A stretch of DNA of 32,000 nucleotides from Mycoplasma mycoides subsp. capri (GTDB taxonomy: Bacteria; Bacillota_I; Bacilli_A; Mycoplasmatales; Mycoplasmataceae). Position numbers and translations under genes: made by a program. Position 1 is the stretch's first letter. Every line of letters starts with the position of its first letter. The notes beneath the pieces are model-generated. The model did not search any database, was not told where the DNA came from, and saw nothing but the letters and a program-made list of their open reading frames with translations. Below, one piece after another: positions 9,002-20,108 of this stretch. The stretch is from NCBI RefSeq assembly GCF_018389705.1, contig NZ_CP065581.1, positions 600,001 to 632,000 on the forward strand. Reading direction: 5' to 3'.

Positions 9002-10855
9002 TTATTGCATCAATCCTGCTTCATATAAGTTTCTAAAATGACCAGGTTGTTTTTTTAATTCATCAAATGTTCCAGATTGAACTATTCCAGTTCCATTAGC
9101 TCCTAAAACATAAATATGATCAACATTTTTAATTGTTGTTAGTCTATGAGCAATTGTAATACACATTCTACCTTTAATCAATTCATCTAATTTATCTTGA
9201 ATTTCTTTTTCAACAACATTATCTAATGCACTTGTTGCTTCATCTAAAATAACAACATCAGGATCTTTTAAAAAGACTCTAGCAATAACTAGTCTTTGTT
9301 TTTGACCACCAGATAAAATAAATCCTCTTTGTCCTAAAACAGTATTATATTGATCTGGTAAAGACATAATAAAATCATGTAGTTCAGCTTTTTTGCATGC
9401 TTCAATTACTTGTTCATCTGTTGCATCAAATTTAGAGTATTTAATATTATCTAAAAAAGTACCATATAAAATTTGTGGTTCTTGTTCAACATAACCAATG
9501 TGATCTAAATAAGCTGGTAAATTAATTCTATTTAAATTATATTCATTATTAATTAAAATTTTTCCACCAGTTGGAGCATAAAATCTTAATAAAAGTTTTG
9601 CTATAGTAGTTTTACCACTACCAGTTTGACCAACAAAAGCATAACTTTTGCCTTTTTCAAAAGTTAAATAAGTTGGTGGAATAACAATTCTTTCAGGTTT
9701 TTTTGGATATGAAAAGCTAATATTATCAAAAACAATACTATCAATTTTATCAATCTTATAACCTTTTAAATTAGAATGGATCATTGGTTTTGGATCTGTA
9801 AGTTCACTAATTCTATTAGCAGCATTAGAAGCAGCAGTTGCTGATCTTAAACTTGGTAATAAAATAGCAATTCCACCAATTAAAGTTGATAATAATGGAA
9901 AAATTAAAGCAATTTCAGCACCTAAATTATTACTTGATTGATTATTAGTTAAATATTGAACTGCAATAATTATAAAAATAATTGGAATTAATAATTGAAT
10001 AACAAAAGTTAAAGAAGTATTTAATAAAGCTGATGAATAAGTAAATTTAGTTAAACCATCTTCATAATTTTGATTTTTTTGTTCTAATCTTTTGATTTCA
10101 AATTCTTCAGTACCACTTGCTTTAATTAATGAAATGTTATTAATTCTATCTGTCATATCAGCATCAGTTTCTCTTTTAACATCAAATGCTAATATTAGCT
10201 TTCTTCTCATATCTATAAAAAAACCAATACAAAATAAATTTGCAACTAATAAATAAATTAATGCTAAAGTTGCTATCATAACTAAATTTTGAGAATACAT
10301 AATTATGATTGCTGTAATTGAACCAGATAAAGCATAAATTAAATTAGTTAAAAACTGTTGTACTCCTAAAGCTAAAAATTGAGTATCTCCAACTAATCTA
10401 GTTAAAATGTTTCCAGAAACATGATCAAAATAAAAGTCAACATCTTGATCAGTTAAAGCTTTTAAAATTTTAAGTCTTTGCATTACTTCAATTTGAGCAG
10501 AATATAAAGATACTGTAAAGTTTGTAAAATATTCACAAATAATAATAATTAATAAATTAATACCAATCACATATAATCAACCAGTTGAATTTAATTCCAT
10601 TCAATTAAATAATCATTGTGTATTATTTTCTACTAATGTATTTATTACTTTTGATGAAAATAAAGGAAGCATTGCAGAAAAAATAGCATCTAGAGATGTA
10701 AAAAATACAACACCAAAAAACAGTAAAGGATTTTGCTTAGCTATTTCAACATTCATTCTAATAAAAAGACCAAATTTTTTAAAAGTAAATTTACCTGTAT
10801 TATCAAAGCTTCACTTTTTTTTGATTTTTGTATAAACTTTTTTTACTTTTGACAT
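9002..10855 (-). CDS. ABC transporter, fused permease/ATP-binding half-transporter (exporter type), 617 aa
   Basis: ATG 10855 with GGAGGTG RBS. The N-terminal extension of track ORF 9002..10570 was verified through TGAs at 10811, 10613, 10601 and 10577. Walker A GQTGSGKTT, signature LSGGQKQR, Walker [14 protein letters not shown]-loop ITIAHRL. Confidence 0.9.
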
Positions 10856-10870
10856 ATTTTCACCTCCCTT

Positions 10871-12742
10871 TTAAGCATCATATTTAGAAAATCCAGCTTC
10901 ATATAAATCCTTAAATTCACCTGGTTTTTTAACTAATTCTTTAAAAGTACCAATTTGAATAATTCCTTTTTTTGGAGCTAAAACAATAATTTGATCAACA
11001 TTTCTAATTGTTGAAAGTCTGTGAGCAATTGTAATACTTGTTCTTCCTTGCATTAATTCTTCTAATTTTGCCTGAATTTCTTTTTCAACAACATTATCTA
11101 ATGCGCTTGTTGCTTCATCTAAAATTAAAATATCAGGATTTTTTAAAAACATTCTTGCAATTACTAGTCTTTGTTTTTGACCACCAGATAAAATAAATCC
11201 GCGTTCTCCTAAAATTGTATTGTATTGATCTGGTCAAGTCATAACTAAATCATGTAATTCAGCTTTTTTACAAGCTAAAATAATTTCTTCATCAGTAGCA
11301 CTTGGTTTTACATATCTTAAATTATCAAAAACTGTTCCTAATAAAACTGATGGGTCTTGTTCAACATATCCAATATGATTTAAATAACTTGGTAAAAACA
11401 CATCTTTAATGTTTATATTGTCATTAATTAGTACTTCTCCAGAAGTGGGATCATAAAATCTTAATAATAATTTTGAAATAGTTGACTTTCCAGCTCCAGT
11501 TTGTCCAACAAAAGCATAACTTTTACCTTTTTCTAAAACTAAATTAAAGTTAGGTAAAATAACATTTTCAGGTTTGTCTGGATAAGAAAAATTAACGTTT
11601 TTAAATACTAGGTTTCCTTCAATTTTATGTATTCTAATACCTTTTTTATCTAATGAATGATTATTAATAAGTTGAGTTGCATCAGTAATTTCATCAATTC
11701 TTTGAGCTGAAGTACTTGCTTGTACCATACCAATAATTGCTCTTAATAATTGCATAATTGGACCTATTAACATTCCAGCACAAATTAACATAGGTCCTAA
11801 AATAGTTTTTAATGTAGTAATATCATTTTTATATAATCACAAAGCAATTAGTGTCATTAAAATTTGTACTGTATTAATAGCAAAAAATAAAATACTAATC
11901 ATTACAGCCTGAAAATAACTGATTTGTTTATATTTTTTATAATAAATATCATGAATTTGAACAAATCTAGTTTTTTCATATTCTTCTGTACCATTAGCTT
12001 TAATTAATTTAATTGTATTAATTCTATCAGTAACATCACCATTAATATCAGTAATTATTTTTCTTAAATTAAATACAAGTTTTCTCATTGGTAAAAAAGA
12101 TAATCCAAATAAAATACCAAACATTAAAAATAATGAAATAAAAAATAAACCAATATATAAACTAGTTGTAATAAATAAAGTAATTAAAGTAAACACCATT
12201 GTAAAAAAAGCAGTAAAAATAATATTCGGTATAACAGAAGCTTGCATACCAATAATTTGTGTATCAGAAACTACTTTAGTTAAAATTTCACCTGTTTTTT
12301 TATTTGAATAATAATGAATATCAGTTGTGATTAGCTTTCTTGTTAATTCATTTCTTAAACTAATTTCAATTTTTTTACCTAATTCGTTTCCAAATAAGTT
12401 AGCAATATAAGTTAAAACTGCAGTAATTACTAAAATAACAATTCATATTGCTAAAATTACTTTTCAACTAAGTCCTCAAGAACTAGAAAAAATTTGGTGA
12501 GTTTTTTCAAATTCAACAGCAAATTGTAATTGTTGCATTAATAAAGGATTTAACGCAGCAAAAAAAGCAGAAAAAATCGCAGTAATCAATAATCCGATAG
12601 CTCATTTTTTATTAATTTTCATATGTTTTCAAATAACATTAATAAAACTTTTTCTACCGCGATTAAAAGATTTTCTATCTGCTTTTATTTCTTCATCAGT
12701 CATTGGTTTATAAAAATGATCGAAATTATTTTTAACTTTCAT
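10871..12742 (-). CDS. ABC transporter, fused permease/ATP-binding half-transporter, 623 aa; partner of 9002..10855
   Basis: ATG 12742 with AAGGAG RBS. Track fragments 11837..12247, 11234..11791 and 10871..11152 and the N-terminal 165 codons are one frame joined by TGA (checked codon by codon for 12247-12742). Walker [30 protein letters not shown]. Confidence 0.9.
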
Positions 12743-12773
12743 TCTTATTCTCCTTATAGTAAAATCATTATTA

Positions 12774-12782
12774 ATTATAACA
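12774..12782 (-). promoter_or_regulatory. candidate extended -10 (TGTTATAAT) for the ABC operon
   Basis: Minus strand reads TGTTATAAT ~30 nt upstream of the AAGGAG RBS and directly downstream of the 12793..12824 terminator. Confidence 0.45.
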
Positions 12783-12792
12783 TTTAGGTATT

Positions 12793-12824
12793 TAAAAAGA
12801 AAAAGAGACCAAGTTATAGTCTCT
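12793..12824 (-). terminator. rho-independent terminator downstream of the SSB-like gene
   Basis: Minus strand reads AGAGAC TATAACTTG GTCTCT followed by TTTTCTTTTT. Confidence 0.6.
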
Positions 12825-12973
12825 AGTGCTATTTAAAAAATCTTTAATCTTTTTTTACTAGTTTAATTTTTATTATTTTATTAATTTTTAGATAAATGAG
12901 AAAACTACTTTTTTAATTGCAAATATAAAATATCTAAAATTTTTTAAATAAAAAATACAATGATTTTAATAAA

Positions 12974-13279
12974 TTAGTTTAAATATAAAATTCTGCTTGC
13001 AAAAATTTCATTTCTAATATTTGCTAAATCATTATTTGAAGTAAATGATTGAATTCTTCCTTCAATCCCAACAACTGCTTGATCGTGTAATAAAAACTCA
13101 TCATCAACAGCATTTGATCAAGCTTTGATATTAATATAATCAAGTGAGTCTACTTCTTTTGATTTATATGGTTTTGGAACTTTTACAATAAACTTATAAA
13201 GCTTTTTTTCACCATCTTTTGAAGTATAAGCAACAGTGGCATCTCCTTCTAATTGACCAATAATGTTTACTAAATTCAT
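12974..13279 (-). CDS. short single-stranded-DNA-binding (OB-fold) protein paralogue, 101 aa, no acidic C-terminal tail
   Basis: ATG 13279 with AAGGAG RBS, one in-frame TGA, TAA 12974-12976. SSB-like pattern: MNLVNIIGQLEGDA..., a conserved Trp in YINIKAWSNA, and GIEGRIQS. Confidence 0.7.
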
Positions 13280-13440
13280 CTGTTTTCTCCTTTTGTTTTC
13301 TCATTATGGTATTAGATAAAAATTTTTAAAAGTAACTCATTTTTATAAAATTTTTAATAAAAAATAAAATTTTAGATAAATAGTCTAATCAAAAATTAAC
13401 TTATTTTTAAAAATATAAAATATAAATAGTGATAAAAATT

Positions 13441-14679
13441 ATGAAAACTAAATGAATTCAACCACTTATTGCTTTATTTTTTATAGTTTTATTAAGTATT
13501 TTAACTATATTTTTAAAATCAACTAGTTTAAGATTATCTTTAATTATTGGTTTTATATTAGGTTATGTAATTAGTAGATCTAGTTTTGATTTTTCATTAG
13601 GAATTAAACAAGTTTATTTATATAAAAACACTAGTTTAACAAAAGCTTTTATACTTTTACTAGCTTTAAGTATGATAATAGTTTTTATATTAAAAATAAT
13701 TTTTGATTTTTATAATATTAATTTAATTTCAAATATTAGTAATACAAATGATATTAGTATATTAACTTTGATTGGTAGTTTTATTATTGGATTTTGTATA
13801 ATAATTACAAGTAATTGTGCTTCAGGTATATTAGTTGATTTAGCTAAAGGAAAATTAAAAGGTTTAATTGGTGTGATCTTTTTTATAATAGGATCAGTAA
13901 TTGGATATATTAGTTTAAAGTTATTTTCTAAAACTAATTTATTTATAAAAACTAGTAGTAAAGTTTTTTTAGCAAATAATATTTATTATTTAACAATACT
14001 TATTTGTAGTTTATTAATACTTTTTATTTTTTATTTAATAATTAAAAAATATGAAAATAAATATTTAAAACAAGATTTTAATTTAAAAATAAATAATAAT
14101 TTAAATGATCAATTAATTAATAATTCATCAAAAAAATTATTTAGTTATAAGAATTATTATAGATTATTTATAAAAAATTGATCTTTTATGATTAGTAGTG
14201 TTTTAATAAGTATTTGTGCAACACTAATTTTAGTTATAAACAACAAAACTTGAGGAGTTTCAAAACCCTTTTTAACATTTTTTGTTTATTTATGTAGTAT
14301 TTTAAAGATTAATTTATCAAATGTTATGTTTGATGAGTTTATAAAAATTACTAATAATGGGTTATTAAATGATAGTTCTACACTTATAAATATCAGTTTA
14401 TTTATAGGTTGTTTAGTTTGTTTTTTATTAGCAAATAAATTTAAATTTGAACTAAAAATTAATAAAAAGGAATTTTTCTGTTTTATAATTGGTGGATTTT
14501 TATTAGGATTTGGAGCAAGTTTAGCAAATGGATGTAGTGTTGGAGCGATGTATTCAAAAATTAGTACATTTGATTTATCTGGATGAGTGTTTTTAATTGG
14601 TATGATTATTGGAATATTTATTGGAATTAAAATTTTTATTAAAAAACAAAATAATATAATTCAAATTAATAGGAGGTAG
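13441..14679 (+). CDS. YeeE/YedE-family membrane protein (putative sulfur-compound/thiosulfate permease), 412 aa
   Basis: ATG 13441. Track ORFs 13672..14181 and 14326..14586 share its frame and join via TGAs at 13453, 14179, 14251 and 14584. Polytopic hydrophobic protein in two halves, each carrying a Cys motif (SNCASG, NGCSVG). TAG 14677-14679. Confidence 0.75.
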
Positions 14680-14681
14680 TT

Positions 14682-16445
14682 ATGAGCAAAAAATATGTAA
14701 TAATTGGAGCTGGATTAACTGGTACACTTTTAGCTTTAGAAATTAGAAAGCGTGATAAAAAAGCTCAAATTTATGTTTATGATAAAGGTTGATTGAGCTT
14801 TTTAGATCGTTCAAACTCAGATTATTTTGATTATTTAGTTAAAGAAGCTAAAAATACAGATAACCTGATGTTATATAATCCAGAACATTTTAAAGAAAAA
14901 TACAATATTAACATACAACTTGGAATAGACATTCATCAAATAAAAGATAAAAAGCAAAAGGTTCTATTAAAAAGAGCACAACAAAACCTTCAAGCGTTTG
15001 AAGAAAGTTATGATTATTTAATAATATGTAAAGAATTAAAATCTAATTTTGACTTACTATCTGTAGCGTTAAACTCAAAAAAAGGATTACATAATACTTA
15101 TATAGTAGAAAATGAAGAAAAAATTAAAATACTAAGTGATTTTTTTACTAAAAATAATATAAAAGATATAGTAGTTGTACCAGGCAATTTATTAGGTTTA
15201 AAAGTTGTAAAAGAACTAAAATCAACAAATAAAAACATTACTTTAGTTCAAATAGGATATCAAATTTTAAATGCATTAGATTATGATATGGTTCAAATGT
15301 TAAATAAAGATTTGATTGATAATAATGTTGAACTAATTTTAAAAGATGCTGTATCTGAATTTTATGAAAACAAAGTAAAATTATTAATTAGTGATAAAGA
15401 AATTAAAGCACAAGCTATAGTTTATACAGATAAATCCTTAGCTATTCTTGATAGCTTAACTGGTGAAGAAAATAATTTATTCACATATTATAACAATAGT
15501 CAAAATAATGAAACAAAAAAACTTCCAATATATAATGATAAACAAATTAGAGTTGATAAAAACTATAAAACTAATTTAAAAAATGTTTATGCTATTGGAA
15601 ATTGTATTAAACTACCTGATTGTATGATTAATACAGAAAAAACTGAATTACAAGTTGATACTATTAAAAAACAAATAAATAACTTATTAAATCATATTTT
15701 TAAAAAACAAATAAAACCAAATAAAATTATTACTCAAACTTCATATTTTAAACTTTTTGATTTTAATGTTTGTTATACAGGATTAAGCAAAAGTGAATGT
15801 AAGTCTTTAAAAATTAATTACAAAACAGCTCATGTAATTCCAACAAATAATAGTGATGATGTTTTAAAACAACAACCAATTCATTTTCAATTAATTTTTG
15901 AAAATAAGACTAAAAAGATTCTTGGTGCTCAAGTTATTAGTAAAGTTAATGTTAAATCTAAAGTAGATGTAATTACAAAAATGATTAATAATAATGCTAC
16001 TTTAGATAATTTAAAAAAATATTGTAAAGAAAATAAATTAGAAAATGATGTTGTTGGAATTGTAACTAAAGTTGCTTTAAATGTTTCAGATAATAAATTT
16101 AATCAAATCGATCATACTTGAGTTAGAGATTTAGTAGAAAGTAATCAATTTATTTTAGATGTGAGATCTAAAGAAGCTTATAATAAAGCTCATATTATAA
16201 ATGCTATAAACATTCCTTTAGATGAATTAAAACAAAGATATAATGAAATACCAAATAATAGACCAGTTTATATTCATTGTAGAACTAGTAGAAGTAGTTA
16301 TAAAGCAATAAAACTATTAGAAGAACTAGGTTTTAATAATCTTATAAATATTCAAGGTTCATTTTTACAACTAAGTTATTTTGAGTATTTTAATGATAAA
16401 ATAACAAACAGAAAAAAGATTTTAACAGATTATAATTTTGAATAA
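14682..16445 (+). CDS. CoA-disulfide reductase/NADH oxidase-family flavoprotein fused to a C-terminal rhodanese domain (CoADR-RHD type), 587 aa, with degenerate redox motifs
   Basis: ATG 14682, 5 nt after AGGAGG. FAD motif VIIGAGLTGT. Track ORFs 14793..16121 and 16161..16445 are in frame via TGAs at 14790 and 16119. By-eye collinear with Cdr/Nox (ESYDYLII, VYAIGN, LFDFNVCYTGL). Rhodanese part is ILDVRSKEAYNKAHIINAINIPL ... IHCRTSRSS. Confidence 0.75.
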
Positions 16446-16448
16446 AAA

Positions 16449-16490
16449 AGCAAAGATTCTAGTTTAACTAGTTTCTTTGCTTATTTTTTT
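16449..16490. terminator. bidirectional terminator between the convergent plus-strand operon and rnhB
   Basis: Stem AGCAAAGA (16449-16456) pairs with TCTTTGCT (16474-16481). A-run upstream and T-run (16483-16490) downstream. Overlaps the last codons of rnhB. Confidence 0.6.
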
Positions 16491-17087
16491 AATTGGTTTA
16501 TAAGATTTTCTATGAATATCTAGAATACCATATTTTTGTATAGCTAATAAATGATGTTTTGTACAATAACCTTTATGAGATTTAAACCCATAATTTGGAT
16601 AAATTTGATCATATTCATCTAATATTTTATCTCTTGTAACTTTTGCTAAAATACTACTACAAGCAATAGAAAAACTCTTATCATCACCTTTAATGACTGA
16701 TAAAGTTTTAATATTTTCTAAATTTATATTTTGATTACCATCAATTAAACCAAGATCTGGAGTGATTTTTAAATTACTAATTGTTGTTTTAAAACCTAAT
16801 AAACTAGCTTGTAAAGGATTAAGTTCATCAACTTGTTTACTTGAAATTACTATAATTTGATAATCTAAACAATTTTTTATAATTTCATCATATAATAGCT
16901 GTCTAGTTTTTGGATTTAATTTTTTAGAATCTTTTATTAAAGGGTTAAAATAATCAGGTTTTAATATCACACTAGCAACAACTAAAGGACCAGCTAAACA
17001 ACCTCTACCAGCTTCATCGCTTCCTGATAAATAAGTAATATTATGATCTAATTTAATTTGATCATCAAATAATTTTCTATCTATCAT
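16464..17087 (-). CDS. rnhB: ribonuclease HII
   Basis: Intact 207-aa ORF with the GSDEAGRGCLAGPLVVA active-site region typical of RNase HII. ylqF-rnhB synteny as in Bacillus. Confidence 0.92.
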   Translation of the reverse strand: MIDRKLFDDQIKLDHNITYLSGSDEAGRGCLAGPLVVASVILKPDYFNPLIKDSKKLNPKTRQLLYDEIIKNCLDYQIIVISSKQVDELNPLQASLLGFKTTISNLKITPDLGLIDGNQNINLENIKTLSVIKGDDKSFSIACSSILAKVTRDKILDEYDQIYPNYGFKSHKGYCTKHHLLAIQKYGILDIHRKSYKPIKKISKETS

Positions 17088-18031
17088 AATGAACTAATAT
17101 CATTACCTTGTTTATTATCTTCTGGGTTAATTGCTTTTTGAATCTCTTCAGGAACTACTTCTAAAACTTTTTCAAATGAAATTTTTCCTAGTTTACCTTT
17201 TTCTAAATCTTTTAAAAATGAAGATAAAATTCTTTCCATATCTAAAATATCTTCAGTAACATATCATTTTTTTTCAATTCCAATTGTTTCAAAAATCTTA
17301 TAAGAATCAATAACTGAAATAGGTTTTTGTAATCTTAAATTTATTTTGTAATATTTTTCAATCACATCATCATAATTGTTATAAACATAACTCATTAATT
17401 TAGCTGCAACTCTTTCTTTTGGAAAGACATTGTCTTTTATTGAATTAATAGCACAAATATTTACAGCAACTGTTTCAGATTCTAATTTTGAAGGTAAAAC
17501 TCCTGGTGTATCTAATAAATTAATAAATGGGTTTAAATGAATTAATTGAATTCCTCTAGTAACACCTGGTTTATTTCCAACTTTAACGTTTTTTCCTTTA
17601 ATTACTCTGTTTATAAAAGTAGATTTTCCAACATTTGGAATTCCAATAACTAAAGCATTAATTAAAGTATTTTTAATTCCTTTAGCTTTATCTTTTTCAC
17701 GTTTTTTAGCTGTTAATTCATTAATTACATTAATTAAATCATTAACAATATCAGTATGTCTATTATATAAAACTATTACTTTTGAGTTTTCATTTTTAAC
17801 ATAATAATCAACTCATTGTTGAGTAATTTTAGAATCAGCAATATCAGCTTTTGAAAAAATATAAACAATTGGTTTATCTTTTAAAAGCTTTTTAAAAGTA
17901 GTGTTTTTTGATGAATAAGGAGCTCTTGAATCAATTACTTCAACAACAACATCAACCATTTCAATTCTTGCTTCAATATCTTTTAAAGTTTTATTCATAT
18001 GACCTGGAAATCAGTTGAACTCAGCACTCAT
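17081..18031 (-). CDS. rbgA: ribosome biogenesis GTPase A (YlqF/RbgA), circularly permuted GTPase, 316 aa
   Basis: ATG 18031. TGAs at 18011, 17813, 17264 and 17084 are read through. G4-like SKAD lies before G1 GIPNVGKST, and DTPG is present. TAG 17081-17083, overlapping the rnhB start by 7 nt. Confidence 0.9.
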
Positions 18032-18071
18032 AAAATCACTTCTTTCTTTTTTTCTAATATAATCTTATCAA

Positions 18072-18117
18072 TAAATAAAAAACATCATAATAAAGTATGA
18101 AAATACTTTACATGATG
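18072..18117 (-). terminator. rho-independent terminator after rplS
   Basis: Minus strand reads CATCATGTAAAGTAT TTTC ATACTTTATTATGATG followed by TTTTTTATTT. Confidence 0.65.
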
Positions 18118-18129
18118 ATTAAATTATTA

Positions 18130-18513
18130 TTATTTAGCTTGTTTTGTTGGCATAATTTCTTTAATTCTTGCAGCTTTACCAGAAAGATTTCTAATGTAAT
18201 AAATTCGAGATCTTCTAACTTTACCACGTTTAATTAAAGTAACTGAGTCAATAATTGGTGAGTGTAATGGGAATGTTCTTTCAACAAATACACCATTTGA
18301 CATTTTTCTAACAACTACAGAATAAGTAATTCCTGATCCTTGAGTTTTAATAACTAATCCTTCAAAAGATTGGATACGGAATTTGTCTCCTTCTTTAATT
18401 TTTACATCAACTCTAATAGTGTCTCCTGATCTAAAATCTATTAAATCATTTCGTAATTGATTATTTATGATATCAAATTTTGACTTAACAGTTTTTGTAG
18501 CTTTTGAACTCAT
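18130..18513 (-). CDS. rplS: 50S ribosomal protein L19
   Basis: Intact 127-aa ORF with GGAG RBS and the L19 signature region ([26 protein letters not shown]). Confidence 0.95.
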   Translation of the reverse strand: MSSKATKTVKSKFDIINNQLRNDLIDFRSGDTIRVDVKIKEGDKFRIQSFEGLVIKTQGSGITYSVVVRKMSNGVFVERTFPLHSPIIDSVTLIKRGKVRRSRIYYIRNLSGKAARIKEIMPTKQAK

Positions 18514-18514
18514 A

Positions 18515-19237
18515 TTATTGTTCTCCTTTCATTTTTTTATAAATTTCTAGTTGGTGTTTATTTAATTTATTTACATCAATTAAATCTGGTCTTTTTTTAA
18601 GTGTTTTTATTACTTGTTGTTCTTCTCTTCACTTTTTAATGTTTTGATGATGACCACTTAATAAAACATCTGGAACTTTCTTATTTCTAAATTCATATGG
18701 TTTAGTATAAACTGGATGATCTAATAAGTTATTTTCAAAGCTCTCATTTTCATGTGATTCTTGTTTTATTACGTTTGGTATAATTCTTGAAATTGAATCA
18801 ACTAAAATTAAACTAGCTAATTCTCCTCCAGTTATTACATAATCACCAATTGATATTTCATCATCAATATAATCTAAAATTCTTTCATCATATCCTTCAT
18901 AATGACCACAAATAATAATAATATGTTCATCATTATTAGCATATTTTTTTACAATGGATTGATTTAAAGTTTTTCCTTGTGGTGTTGTTAGTAAAACAAT
19001 TGAGTTTGTTGTTTTTACTGATTCAATTGCTCTAATTAGTGGTTCAATCATTAAAACCATTCCACTACCACCACCATACTGATAATCATCAACTTGGTTA
19101 TGACTAAGTGTTGAAAAGTCTCTTAAATCAATAACTTCTATTTGTATAGCTTGTTTATTAATTGCTCTTTTAATAATTGATTCTTCTATATATGAATTAA
19201 TGATTTTTGGAAATAAAGTAATAATAGAAAATTTCAT
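18515..19237 (-). CDS. trmD: tRNA (guanine37-N1)-methyltransferase
   Basis: Track ORF 18629..19237 extended through TGA 18629 to TAA 18515-18517 (240 aa). TrmD motifs: [23 protein letters not shown]. Confidence 0.93.
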
Positions 19238-19238
19238 A

Positions 19239-19733
19239 CTATTTTAGTCCTTCAACATCTTTTGCAATTATTACTTTGTTTTGGTAATCAATCTCTTTTA
19301 TAAAAACATCAACTAAAGGCACTCAAAACTCTTTTTGATTTTCAGATTTAACTTTAACTAATTGTTGATAAGTATTATTCATATAATCACTAATAATTCC
19401 ATTTGTTTTTAAACTTACAAACTTAAAACCAATTAATGAAATAATTTGACTAATATTTTTATCTTTTAAACAATAAATTTCTTGATTTTTATATTTAATA
19501 ACATCATTAATATTATCTAAATTTAAAAATTTAACAATTAATTGATTTTTAGTTTTATTTAAAGTAATGTTTTGTATTCTTAAAACTTGAAAATTATTAT
19601 TAGTTTTTATAAAAAAGGTATCGATTTTATTTAAATCATCAATCATAATATCATCATTTAGAATAACTTTAACTTGCCCTTTAATAGAAAAAGTATTGAC
19701 TATAACACCTATTTTAATAAGATTAGCATTCAT
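19239..19733 (-). CDS. rimM: 16S rRNA processing protein RimM
   Basis: Track ORF 19323..19733 extended through TGA 19323 to TAG 19239-19241 (164 aa). Position between rpsP and trmD. N-terminal [18 protein letters not shown]. Confidence 0.85.
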
Positions 19734-19764
19734 TGATTTTCAATCTAGTTAATAGATACAGGTT

Positions 19765-20043
19765 TTATTTTTTTTCAGTATTTTTAGAAAATTTAGCTTC
19801 ATGTAAGGCTTTTAAAATACCTTGTTTTGAAAGTAAAGTTCTTACTGTATCAGTTGGTTGAGCACCATTATTTAGTCATTTTAAAGTTAATTCTTTGTCA
19901 ATTTTAACTTCATCTTTTAATGGGTTGAATGTTCCAACTAATTCAATATATTGACCATTACGATTAATACGTGAGTCAGCTGCTACTATTCTATAAAATG
20001 GCGCTTGTTTTTTACCGATTCTTTTTAATCTTAATTTAACCAT
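19765..20043 (-). CDS. rpsP: 30S ribosomal protein S16
   Basis: ATG 20043 with [34 protein letters not shown]. One in-frame TGA. TAA 19765-19767. Missed by the track because the TGA splits it below the size cutoff. Confidence 0.93.
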
Positions 20044-20079
20044 TGTTTCCTCCTATAATATATTTTTAAAACCTTAATA

Positions 20080-20108
20080 ATATTATCAATTTTAAAAAAA
20101 GGTGTCAA
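20080..20108 (-). promoter_or_regulatory. candidate promoter of the rpsP-rimM-trmD-rplS operon
   Basis: Minus strand reads TTGACA, a 17-nt spacer, then TAATAT preceded by TGn (extended -10). The -35 overlaps the descending arm of the rlmH terminator. Confidence 0.5.

Noticed and set aside
10871-12247. Apparent pseudogenisation: the ABC gene is in three pieces, and recA, obg, rbgA, nadE, dNK and the DUF285 genes are truncated or fragmented in the track.
   Set aside because: All breaks are TGA codons in a single continuous frame, often at positions where homologues have Trp. No TAA/TAG or frameshift is needed to rejoin them, so these are intact genes under code 4.
12888-13381. TTAGATAAA recurs three times (near 12892, 13313, 13373), and TAAAATTTTA-type palindromes occur in the divergent promoter region of the SSB-like and YeeE genes. 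These could be operator sites.
   Set aside because: These are low-complexity AT-rich strings. About three chance occurrences of the 9-mer are expected in the window. There is no dyad symmetry with sensible spacing.
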